From positions 3,776,001 through 3,840,000 of the forward strand of contig OZ251518.1 in NCBI GenBank assembly GCA_965242965.1: a DNA stretch of 64,000 nt, read 5' to 3'. Positions 44,819 to 55,100 of this stretch are shown here, one piece after another. The first letter of the stretch is position 1. Each line of letters starts with the position of its first letter. The notes beneath the pieces are model-generated. The model saw nothing but the letters and a program-made list of their open reading frames with translations. It was not told where the DNA came from and made no database searches. The translations under genes and the position numbers were made by a program. This stretch comes from Candidatus Poribacteria bacterium. Its GTDB lineage: Bacteria; Poribacteria; WGA-4E; WGA-3G.

Positions 44819-46006
44819 CTATTCTGGTGCGTCCAGATTCAGCAGTTGCTGCGGGGCCGCCATAAATTCTCCATCTTTGACGATTTTGACATAGGCAGGC
44901 TTGTTCAGGGTATCGCCGTGTTCATCAAAATAGGTGAGTCCCGTGATGCCCTTATAGCCTTCTTCCGGCGTGTCGAGGGATGCCAAATAGTCGCGGATGG
45001 CTTTCCGATTCTGTTTGAGAGTCGCTTTCGCCGAGTAAGTGGCTTCGATGGCTTCCGCAATCATGCCGACAGCATCGTAACTCAGCGCGGCCCAGGTATC
45101 CGGTGCTACGCCGTAGGCGGCTTCAAAATTTTCTGCAACGACTTGTGCTGCCTCGTTTTCAACACCGAAGAGAAAGGGTGTCGTGAGGTAGGTGCCTTCG
45201 GCGGCCGGTCCTGCAATTTTGAGGAAATCGGGTGAATCCACGCCATCTGCACCGAAGAACTGTGCAGTAGTGATGCCAGCCTCTCGTGCTTGTTTCGCAA
45301 TCAGTGCCGCTTGTCCGTAGAGCCCCGAGATGAAAATACCGTCTGGATTCTTGGCTTTGATGCTGGTGAGCTGCGCCTTAAAATCGGTATTATCCCTGTC
45401 ATAGGCTTCCGAGGCGACAAGATTGAGGCCGACTGCCTTCGCCTCCGCGGTGAATGCATCGGCGAGCCCTCTGCCGTAGTCGTCATTGTCGAAAAGCACC
45501 GCGACGTTCTTTAATTCAGGCAGGACACTCTTGATGTATTTCGCGATGAATTGCCCCTGAAAATCGTCGCGATACAAGTTCCTGAACGTCCAATCGCTAC
45601 CTTTGCAAACGTTGACGTTCGTGGAGCCGGGCGACAATGCAACGATGCCAGCCCGTTTATAGGTGGGTTTGCCGGCGAGTGAGCACGAGCTATTGAAATG
45701 CCCGACGACTGCGAGGATTTCGCGGTTGGTGGCGATACGTTCTGCGACAAGGCTTGCCTCGCCATCTTTGCCTGCATCGTCTTCAAAGACGAGTTTCAGC
45801 GTCATGCCGTTAATGCCGCCTGCGGCGTTGATTTCGTCAGCCTTCAAGTTCGCGCCGCGTTCTATCATTTCTCCGAATGCCGCCGCGCTGCCGGTAAACG
45901 GCCCCGCAACAGCAACTTTCAATTCTTTTGCTGCTTCGCTTGGCAGGATGCCTGCCAAACCGAGGGCGATGCCCATCAGCAGAAGCCCTAAAAACCATTT
46001 TTTCAT
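44819..46006 (-). CDS. livK: Branched-chain amino acid ABC substrate-binding protein
   Basis: Signal peptide; GPFTG, INAAGGING, VVGHFNSSCS, DYGRGL and YDAV motifs. Confidence 0.85.
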   Translation of the reverse strand: MKKWFLGLLLMGIALGLAGILPSEAAKELKVAVAGPFTGSAAAFGEMIERGANLKADEINAAGGINGMTLKLVFEDDAGKDGEASLVAERIATNREILAVVGHFNSSCSLAGKPTYKRAGIVALSPGSTNVNVCKGSDWTFRNLYRDDFQGQFIAKYIKSVLPELKNVAVLFDNDDYGRGLADAFTAEAKAVGLNLVASEAYDRDNTDFKAQLTSIKAKNPDGIFISGLYGQAALIAKQAREAGITTAQFFGADGVDSPDFLKIAGPAAEGTYLTTPFLFGVENEAAQVVAENFEAAYGVAPDTWAALSYDAVGMIAEAIEATYSAKATLKQNRKAIRDYLASLDTPEEGYKGITGLTYFDEHGDTLNKPAYVKIVKDGEFMAAPQQLLNLDAPE

Positions 46007-46149
46007 GAGTCTATGTTCCTTTCTTTGTGGTGCGTCTTCTACCTATCATAATCGTTGTGGCAGAAAAACGCGAGACGTTTTGAATGCCTACTAGGACAAT
46101 TCAGTTTACAGATACACGGTAAGGACAGATGTCTCTATCTGTCCGCTTC

Positions 46150-46398
46150 CCCGGCATGCATCGAGACCGGGAGGTCTCTCCTACGGGTTTGGGTAGGAGG
46201 GACATCCTTGTCCCGATACGGTGGGCATCGCGACCGGGAGGTTTCTCCTCCGCGTCTGGGTAGGAGGGACATCCTTGTCCCGATATGTTTAAAAATCGAG
46301 ACCGGGAGGTCTCTCCTACCGGGATGCATCGCGACCGGGCGCGCCTATTGACACTTCCCTTTTTTATCGTAACGTTGAGCGATTTATGAAACACCCTC
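46150..46398. mobile_element. Partial TIR/REP element (one end)
   Basis: Ends TTTATGAAACACCCTC, one base from the neighbouring stop codon; contains gagacc and gggaca REP modules. Confidence 0.7.
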
Positions 46399-46399
46399 A

Positions 46400-47194
46400 T
46401 TATTTTACCGCAACCACCTGTTTAAAGTCAAATTTAAATTCAGGTTCGATCGGCTGCCCGTCTGGCGGAATAATCTGGATGCCAGAGACAACAAGCCTGA
46501 CTTCGGTTGCGTCGTTTTCAAGCCGGTTGAAGATTAAAAGCCCGCGCCGTTGCGCACCACGGAATAACTTGCCACCGGCGAAAATGCTGTCCTCAGCTAA
46601 GGCGCGTCCCCCTTCCAACGCCTCCTCGTCAACGTAGGAATAAGAGCCATAATACGAAGGATAGTAGGGCGAATAGCCGTAGCGATAATAAGGCGAATAG
46701 GAGTAAGGATAAACGGGACGCACGGTTAACTCGCCGCGAGAAATGTCCACGTCATCGTAGAGCCGCTCAAAGTAATCGTAAGGCAGCGCGGCGTGTTGCG
46801 CGCCGTTTTTATCGATGAGCACCGCCGCGTCATCGGCAACCTGCACGCGCGGGCTATCAAGGTTGTGAACCGTCACTTCAAAAACGGTGTAGAGCGGCTC
46901 AACAGCCCCATTCCGTTCAACGACGAGATAAGGGTTCATCCACGGTTCATCGGTGAGCGCGAAGAGATCTACTTCTGTGAGCGGTTGCAGGGTAACAGCG
47001 ATGCCTTTCTGTTCAATAGTCATCGCGCCTGTTTCGGTATCAATCTGCGCGGGTGAACGTTCTGTCATCGGTTCCATGTAGACATCAACAGCCGGGTGCG
47101 GTTTCGCTGCGCATCCGCAAAGCACGAGAGACACTGCCCCGACGAAGAGGAGCATCCATTTCCGGGGTGTTCCGGTAAAAACTTGGCATATCAT
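46400..47194 (-). CDS. Hypothetical lipoprotein with a Tyr-rich segment
   Basis: Lipobox-like LCGC; GGAGG RBS before MICQV; YPYSYSPYYRYGYSPYYPSYY segment. Confidence 0.75.
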   Translation of the reverse strand: MICQVFTGTPRKWMLLFVGAVSLVLCGCAAKPHPAVDVYMEPMTERSPAQIDTETGAMTIEQKGIAVTLQPLTEVDLFALTDEPWMNPYLVVERNGAVEPLYTVFEVTVHNLDSPRVQVADDAAVLIDKNGAQHAALPYDYFERLYDDVDISRGELTVRPVYPYSYSPYYRYGYSPYYPSYYGSYSYVDEEALEGGRALAEDSIFAGGKLFRGAQRRGLLIFNRLENDATEVRLVVSGIQIIPPDGQPIEPEFKFDFKQVVAVK

Positions 47195-47329
47195 GAGATT
47201 TGCCCTCCTAAAACAGTCATGAATTTTATTATACCACAAGTTACCTTGAAATGTCAAATTTTTCCCAGCGGCATTCGTTGGGGAGAACCTTTCGGTGCGC
47301 CGTTCCTGTCTCAATGCGAGCGATGCATC

Positions 47330-48123
47330 CTGATAGGAGGAGACCTCGGGTCTCGAATTCTTCCTTTTCCTGTCGACTGCCCCTCCCAGTCTCGCTGCGC
47401 GCGATGTTTTCCCGGTAGGAGAGACCTCCCGGTTTCAATGTTCCCGTAGCGCGGGGGCCTGTCCCCCGCGATTCTCGATTACCGTAGCGCGGGGGCCTGT
47501 CCCCCGCGATCTCCATCGTTAAGCGGTAGCGTTTTAGGTCCGTTGGGACCTGAAGAGAACGCGCTCCGTTTTTTTTACCCTCTCTGTAATTTGTGATCGC
47601 CTGATCACAAACGGGTCAAGATCGGGCGATCTTGATCTACAGGGGTGATGCGGTCTGACAGCAAAACGCTGGCGAGGGGAACCCGCTCGCGAACGCGTGT
47701 GGAACCCTACGAGGGCCCTCGCCCTACGATGCAGTGCCGTTTTTTTTCGCCGTAGCGCGGGGGCCTGTCCCCCGCGATTTCTCGATGTTCCCGTAGCGCG
47801 GGGGCCTGTCCCCCGCGATCGTTGGATGACGCGAGCGATGGCGAGGGACAGGCCCTCGCCCTACGGTGAGGGGGAAGCGTTTTTTCATTGTAGCGCGGGG
47901 GACAGGCCCCCGCGATCTCCATCGTCATGATGTGTGTTTCCCCCTCTGTAGTTTGTGATCGCCTGATCACAAACGGGTCGGGATCAGGCGATCCCGAACT
48001 ACAGGGCCTGGTGCACGGACGCTGGCGAGGGACAGGCCCTCGCCCTACGTGAAGGGCGGCGTTTTTTCACCGTAGCGCGGGGGCCTGTCCCCCGCGACGT
48101 TGAGCCATTTATGAAACATCCTC
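47330..48123. mobile_element. TIR/REP element with one recognisable end
   Basis: Ends TTTATGAAACATCCTC; packed with the same GTAG modules. Confidence 0.75.
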
Positions 48124-48126
48124 ACT

Positions 48127-49380
48127 TTAATTAGCAACGTTGTCCAAACCGCTTCCTTCTGATTTCTCCAATTGCTGATACTGCATTGTCACATTGGCGA
48201 CAATGCCTGTCCATAACCCTGCCATCACCATCGCGGTGAGAGAGAAGGCGGCACCCGGTATCGTCTTGACAACGAAGCTCGCCAATTTAATCACTCCCGC
48301 GCTGCCGCCCTTCGCGAAACGGTAGCAGAACGAATCGATGAGCTGCTTCGCACGATACCGCTCATCGTAGGATAGCGGCATGTAGAACAATTCTTTCGCC
48401 GCCCGGAAGAACGAATAGTCAAACGCTTTGAATAATAAGTATGCGAGCGAACCCATGCGGAGTGAGGGACGCAGCGTCAACGCAAGTCCACTCAGCAGAT
48501 GCACCACCGGAATGACGTGATGAATCACGCGCACCGAAAGAAACCGCAATGCAAGCGGCACGACTATCAGTTGCAAAACGGCGGTGCAGCCATTTAAAAC
48601 CGCGTAAAAAGTGCCGTAGAATGCGGTTCTGACATCGACATCCGGTCTCTCGATTTCAACGAGCCCGTTGAACCGAAGATCGAGGACAGTGGAGACGACT
48701 TGCGTGCTTAAGATGAGCAGGGCCACGGAGACGAGGTATCGCGAACTGAAAAGCGCGCCAGCCCCGAGATGTCCGCGCCGCCCACCTGCTTCTTCCAACG
48801 TCGGTTTCGGTTCTCCAGCGAGCCTGTAGGCAAGCGCACTGAAAAGCGTTGTAGGCACGAGAGATGCTGCCGTGAATAGCAGCAGCGTTTGCGTCCCTAA
48901 CAGTTCCGCCCATCTGCTGACAAGGATGCCACCTACCACAGAACCTACCGAGGCGACAGCACAGAAGGGACCGTTTATCCGTTTCGCCTGCGTCGACGTA
49001 AGCGTGCTGTTGACGAAGGACCAGAATTGCTCTATGATAATCACGATGTATGCCTCGCGGAAGACATAGATGATCGCAGCGGCAAAATGCACGCCGCGGG
49101 AAAGCGCGAGGTAGCACCCGAAGATTAATGCACCGGACAGCAGCGAGGTTATCACCAACGTGCGCGTCGCACCGAGCCGCGACAACAGAATACCGTATAC
49201 ATAGAGCAGCAGCAAGAGAGCCGGGGGCACCGCCACCATCGCACTCGGCAGGTTCTCCGCACCGTAACTCTCAATGAATAGGGAGGTGGAAACGGCGCGG
49301 ATGAACTCGTAACCGCACAGCAGGAAACTCGCGGCAATTGAAATGAAAATGGCGGCAAAAATGATACGTCGTGGAAACAT
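48127..49380 (-). CDS. NTT/TLC (Npt1/Npt2-like) MFS transporter
   Basis: QFWSFVN...QAKR, DYSFFRAAKELFYMPL...RYRAKQLID...R motifs; about 12 TM segments. Confidence 0.75.
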   Translation of the reverse strand: MFPRRIIFAAIFISIAASFLLCGYEFIRAVSTSLFIESYGAENLPSAMVAVPPALLLLLYVYGILLSRLGATRTLVITSLLSGALIFGCYLALSRGVHFAAAIIYVFREAYIVIIIEQFWSFVNSTLTSTQAKRINGPFCAVASVGSVVGGILVSRWAELLGTQTLLLFTAASLVPTTLFSALAYRLAGEPKPTLEEAGGRRGHLGAGALFSSRYLVSVALLILSTQVVSTVLDLRFNGLVEIERPDVDVRTAFYGTFYAVLNGCTAVLQLIVVPLALRFLSVRVIHHVIPVVHLLSGLALTLRPSLRMGSLAYLLFKAFDYSFFRAAKELFYMPLSYDERYRAKQLIDSFCYRFAKGGSAGVIKLASFVVKTIPGAAFSLTAMVMAGLWTGIVANVTMQYQQLEKSEGSGLDNVAN

Positions 49381-49410
49381 ACACCAAAAACCTTGTAGGC
49401 GCGTCCGTTA

Positions 49411-50238
49411 TTACCGCGTCGGAATCGTATCTTCCTCTGGCCGAGGCGCATGGACCCAGTGGCCGCTCGGGTCGCTACCTCTAGCGATGATGGTGCGTCG
49501 GTTCCAACTGTTCGCCGCACGGACATCCGGTGGGACGAACCGCATCGTCAAACCGCATCGCCGCCGGTCAGATGTATTTGATTCAGAACCGTGGAGCAGC
49601 AAATCCGAATGCAGCGAGATTTGTCCGGCTTTCATCTCAAACGGCACGGGGGCATCGCCGTATTGCTCCGGGTCAAGCACGGTTTGGCTCAGCACATTCT
49701 TTTCCTCGGCGGCACTGCGTTCAAAGGCGATTTGTCCGTGCAGATGCGATTTCGGGACGACGGTCATCGCGCCGTTTTCAACGTCGGCATCGTCAATGGC
49801 GAGCCAGACGGTGACAGTCTTGCTCGGCGAGAGGGGCCAGTAAGAGGCATCCTGATGCCAGCTAACCTGCTGTTCTTCGCCGGGGAGTTTGCAGAAATAG
49901 TGCGTCGCCCAGCAGATGAGGGTTTCGCCGAGTAGATCCTGCACGTAATCGAGGATCTTGTCCTCGTTGACTAAATCATAGATGCCGGTGCAGTGCGTCT
50001 GCCAGCCGTTAATGGAGTAACTACTCCATCCTGCGTCGACAGCCTTTTGCATGAGTCCATCAAAATAGGCGCGGTGCTCGGCTATCTCGGCTTCAGAGAA
50101 GACATCGAGTGGGAAGATGAAACCGTTCTCATTGAAGCGTTGGAGCTGCGCGCGCGTAAGCGTTTTCGGGTGTTCGGTTTCCACCGGAAAAAATTGGAGT
50201 TTGCGATTTAATTCAGGCATCGCATCGGTGATTGGCAT
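49411..50238 (-). CDS. Phytanoyl-CoA dioxygenase (PhyH) family protein
   Basis: FNENGF, WHQDASYW, ENGAMTVVPKSH and LLHGS...RRCG motifs. Confidence 0.92.
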   Translation of the reverse strand: MPITDAMPELNRKLQFFPVETEHPKTLTRAQLQRFNENGFIFPLDVFSEAEIAEHRAYFDGLMQKAVDAGWSSYSINGWQTHCTGIYDLVNEDKILDYVQDLLGETLICWATHYFCKLPGEEQQVSWHQDASYWPLSPSKTVTVWLAIDDADVENGAMTVVPKSHLHGQIAFERSAAEEKNVLSQTVLDPEQYGDAPVPFEMKAGQISLHSDLLLHGSESNTSDRRRCGLTMRFVPPDVRAANSWNRRTIIARGSDPSGHWVHAPRPEEDTIPTR

Positions 50239-50321
50239 GGGAAATTCTCCTTGGATACGACTTTATTTTATCATACTTTATCCGCGTTTTGATGTCAAGA
50301 AAAAAGAGCAGAAAGTTAGAC

Positions 50322-51232
50322 GAAGGGGTTTCATAAATCCGTTTCGGTAGGAGAGACCTCCTGGTCTCGATGCTCTCACATCACCGTAGCGCGGGGGCCT
50401 GTCCCCCGCGAACGCTCAAGAGACGTTATTTTCACCGTAGCGCGGGGGCCTGTCCCCCGCGAACGTTGGATTGCGCGGATGCTGGCGAGGGACAGGCCCT
50501 CGCCCTACGGTATGCGGGGCGTTTTTTTCCCGTAGCGCGGGGGCCTGTCCCCCGCGATCTCTCAAGAGACGTTCTTTTCACCGTAGCGCGGGGGCCTGTC
50601 CCCCGCGATCTCTATCGTCACGGTGTGTTCCCCCTTCTGTAGTTTGTGATCGCCTGATCACAAACAGGTCGGGAGCAGGTGCTCCCGAACTACAGGGCCT
50701 GGCGCGTGAATGATGGCGAGGGACAGGCCCTCGCGCTACGGTGAGGGGTGGCGTTTTTTTCCCGTAGCGCGGGGGCCTGTCCCCCGCGATTTCTCAAGAG
50801 ACGTTCTTTTCACCGTAGCGCGGGGGCCTGTCCCCCGCGATCTCTATCGTCACGGTGTGTTCCCCCTTCTGTAGTTTGTACTCGCCTGATCACAAACGAG
50901 TCGGGAGCAGGTGCACCCGAACTACAGAGCCTAGCGAGCGGATGATGGCGAGGGACAGGCCCTCGCCCTACGGTAACGCACGCCGTTTTTTCCTGTAGCG
51001 CGGGGGCCTGTCCCCCGCGATTTCTCTCGCCACGGTGTGTTGCCCCTTCTGTAGTTTGTGATCGCCTGATCACAAACGGGTCGGGAGCAGGTGCACCCGA
51101 ACTACAGAGCCTAGCGAGCGGATGATGGCGAGGGACAGGCCCTCGCCCTACGGTAACACACGCCGTTTTTTTTCCGCATCGAGACCAGGAGGTCTCTCCT
51201 ACCCGGCGGCCATCGATTTATGAAACATCCTC
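50322..51232. mobile_element. TIR/REP element with internal tandem duplications
   Basis: Ends GAAGGGGTTTCATAAATC...GATTTATGAAACATCCTC; no target duplication seen. Confidence 0.8.
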
Positions 51233-51272
51233 AAAAAAAATACGTGATAGAGGACATTTTTTCTTAAAAAAC

Positions 51273-51364
51273 TTGACAAAAAACGCGAAAATCCGTTAAA
51301 ATCATCGCAATCTCACCTTTTCGCGCATTTTTAATTTGACAAACGCGCGAAAAGGTGGTATAAT
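51273..51364 (+). promoter_or_regulatory. Two tandem sigma70 promoters
   Basis: TTGACA-18-TAAAAT (51273-51302) and TTGACA-17-TATAAT (51336-51364). Confidence 0.7.
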
Positions 51365-51973
51365 TATTAAAACTAGCATGAATTTGGTGCAATGTCAAAC
51401 CGGAATTACAAAAAAAATGCCGAACGTGAACCATCAACGCGCTTCCAGACCCGCAGCGACGCTGAGCCGCGCACATAGCACGCTCTCCTTGGCCGCTCTT
51501 CTCGTAGAGCAGCCGCCCCGGATGCGCGCCCGAGACACGTTCGCTTTCTCCGTTGACGGCACCAACCTCACCATGATACCGTTTACCCCCCCCCTTCATA
51601 TACACCTGTTAACTCTTGCCAATCTCGGCAGGAAGGCGGATTGGGGTGGGGAAACAGTTGTCCCGACAGCGGGACAAACCACTCCTGCTCTGACTGCTAC
51701 GACGATGAACAGGCGCGCGCTTTTCCCGCGCGCCACACGGTTCGCGCGCGAACCGAGTGCCTCTTGGACTCCCCAAGGGGTTTTTCGCGTTGCACTATCC
51801 CTTTTTATCCTTGGCATGTCGTCCCAAATAATACGTCGCGTCTCTGTAAGGCGAGAGAGGCATCGAGACAGGGAGGGCACGCCTGCCGATGGAGCCGAAT
51901 AGGAGATTTGGTATTCAGAGCCCAACAGCGTTGTTCCGGGGAAAATTCTATCCCCATTTTGGGTATTAAGGGG

Positions 51974-52014
51974 CAAGATAACCGTGGGCTCCCGCCCACG
52001 GCTATCTTGTTTTT
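51974..52014 (+). terminator. Intrinsic terminator upstream of the giant gene
   Basis: caagataaccgtgggc-tccc-gcccacggctatcttg followed by ttttt. Confidence 0.65.
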
Positions 52015-52173
52015 CTGTTCACTTTGCCCCGGCCGCTATCCGTTCAGAACAGCGCATGTTTATTGACTCACCGAAGACGGGACGCGCAACCACCCGCTCT
52101 TCTGATACCGATGGGGAAAACTGATGCAAACCGCGCATCAACCCCCTAAAAGATGTTAGGAGGACATTTGATC

Positions 52174-55100
52174 ATGTTCAGAAAATCCCTTTTTCCCTTA
52201 CCGACTCTGCTCATTTTACTGTGCATCGTCGGTGTCATTTCATTCGCTGCACCGAGAACCGCGGACGCGCACCATGTCACGGTAACCGGTGCCACATTCA
52301 AGTTCCAGAAAAAGTTAGGCGAGGACAGTTACTCGGCCGTTGAGGCATCCACTTCCGACACTACCCTTGAACTCGGCGACAGAATCATCGTGGATGTAAC
52401 CTTCAGTGAGCCTGTGGATATCAACAGTAGTACGGCATACGTGTTTTTACTATTTGATTCCCCAAATTGGGTTCAGTGGGTTTCGTTTGATGACAACCAA
52501 TCGAACGTAACAACGGCTAGAGTTACCTACACGGTGAAGAACACGGAGTCGCAGAGGGACAGTGACCCGGATGGGATAGAACTATACGTCTTTCCCGCGA
52601 GCAATCCGAATAATCCCAATCAGTTCCTTAGGAATCATGGTGCAGGATGGAATGCGATTGTGGAGGCTGGGACTAATATTGCCATTGATTTTACGAGTGC
52701 GAATCAGGCACTCGCGACTGCCGCGAACGCAAACGCCCCACGCATAGAGAATAATGCCCCAACGCTAGTAGATATAGATGACGACCCTATTCTGGAGCAA
52801 TACATTAAGTTTTTGGGCGCGCCGAAGTCGGGGCGACACTATTCGCAATTCGTTGCGTCCCATCGCTTGAATTGGGGTTTGGTTTGGAGGCCTGTCGATA
52901 GACAGTTCTATCTTGAACAGGGGGAATCCGATGATCCGCCTTATGACGCGAATGGCTACACTCGCGCGCCAGTGACAGGCGAGCCGAATTATGCCGCCTA
53001 CAACGTCGGTGAAAAGGTTCGTTTTGAATTGCTTTTCAACGAGAAGGTCAGAGTTGTTCGCACCGACCCTGGCATTCCAGTGACGATGAAGGTGGAGTTT
53101 GATACGCCAACCCGAAGTAAGGATGCCATCCTCGTTGAGGGTGGGGATGGCACCAGCAAAAAGTTAGTTTTTGAATGCACGGTGGAGGAAGGTGATGGCG
53201 ATTGGGGCGCAGGGCTCCAAGTCCTCTTCGGCGCTGCCCCTCAAATACATGGCGGTACCGTCCAAGACTTGGCTGGCAATGTGAGTGAATTGCCGAACTG
53301 GTTTTATGGGCGTTCGGAAGACTTCGCGAGTTATTTCCGGGCAGTGGATACTTACCCGCCGACGGTGCGGATTGCCAGGGTGCCCGTTGATGACAATGGC
53401 GACGTGATCGAGGCCACCTCTCGAAATGACACGGATAGCATCCTGTATGGTTTGGCCGGGGAGAGGGAAGAGGCCATCAGGCTGCCGCCGTCAGCCGGCA
53501 CCGAGACAGGCACCTTCACGATGTATGTTACCTTTTTTAATATGTTTCCACCTGGGTCTGGCAAAAGCAAACTTGCGGAAGACCTGCACCCGGGCGCGCC
53601 GTTTGAGGCAAGCGATATCCAGATTACAGCGGGAGGAGAAGTGCTGAGAGATGCTAGGGTGACGCTGCGGTATCGAGGGATGTGGGGCAGGGCGGTTACG
53701 GCGGCACAAGCGCGCGTCTACCTTGCCACCATCACACCCCCGCTCGGATTTAATGGCGAAATGGAGATTCAGGTGCCCGCCGGTGCGACAATGGATCTCG
53801 CCGGGAACGAAAATCAGGCATCCAATACATTGACGGTGCCCGTGAACAACCCGTTGCGCGTGGTGGAAACGCCGGAGATTGTCGCGCCTCCCGCCGGTGC
53901 CTATACCGCCGGTGATGATATTGAAGTCGAAGTGACGTATGACAGGGAGAATCTCCGCTATGAAGGCGAGGATCCGCCGTATCTGACGCTGTATCTCGGC
54001 GAAGAGATACCGGCAAATGCACGGCATGCTGTCTGGAGTGCCTCAGAAGACACGAATTCCACGAAAGTGACGTTCGCGTATACGGTGGCAGCAACGGACA
54101 CGGTGGCAGAGGCAGTGCGTGTTCCCTCTGTCAAGATACTCGTCCCGGACAAGACGATGTTGCTTTCTGGGCCACTGACTGCACCGTCTGAGCGGCAGAT
54201 TGGGACAGAGGCGGCTGCGGCGGCATCTGGCACTGCGCCAAAAACGGTGCAGACGGTAGAGCCGTTGCCGGAGGTTTCACCGATAGTCTCGGATACACCG
54301 GTGGTGCCGGTCTACCCGATTTTCGAGGAAGCAGCACCGAAGGCGGCTGCATCGGATGTGCCGCGGGAGCCGATTGTTTTCAACGAACTTGGCAATGGCA
54401 GTGGTGATGCAAACGATTGGCTGGAACTCCGCAATGTCACGGGTTCGGATGTCTCGTTAAAGGACTGGGAGCTCAGCGTCGTGCAGGATGGCAAGAAGGA
54501 AGATACGTCGCTCATCGTGTTTCCCGATGTGAGTGTGCCGGCAAATGGGCTGCTGTTGATAACGAACAGCGATCCGACAGCGGAAGGCAATGTGCTTGCA
54601 GGCGGTGATAACGTGGCGACTGCCGAGGTCGAGACAAAAGGTTCATCTCATCTCTATCTCGTCAAATCGGAGTTGTCCCTGCCAGATGATGGCAAGTTCC
54701 TCTTGATTCTCCGGAATGCGAAGGAGAAACTGGGTCTGAACGAAGCGTTCGTTGATGTCGCCGGTGGCGGCGGCAGTGACACCGATGCGTTTGTCCGCGA
54801 GCAGACAGGCGATTATGATACGCATGTCTGGCCCTTGCAAGTGTTACAGGCTCCCGGTGGTGATACCGAAGACGCCCTCGGCTCTGGCAAAGTTTGGCAG
54901 CGCGCGAAAGCGGATATTATTGGGTATCATAGAGATGCCTGGGCAGAATCCGACTTTACCGGTATCGGCTATGATAGGAAGGTGACAGAGTCTGCTGCCA
55001 CTGCCGGCACACCGGGCTATCCAAACGGTGCAGTGAAAACGGAAGCCGCCACGCCGAAGGGCAGCGTCACGCTCAGTGAAATCATGTTTGATTCGGCCGG

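Noticed and set aside
50322-51232. Repeat-spacer-like pattern and several short ORFs
   Set aside because: Mixed-orientation REP modules with internal duplications; the ORFs are translations of repeats (SAGACPPR, ARGPVPR).
51336-51902. 188-aa ORF upstream of the large surface protein
   Set aside because: Its listed start lies within a -35 box, it has no recognisable motif, and it runs through hairpins and a REP remnant; treated as probably non-coding.
52060-52150. Possible c-di-GMP or cobalamin riboswitch
   Set aside because: Only fragmentary resemblance; the consensus cores could not be matched by eye.
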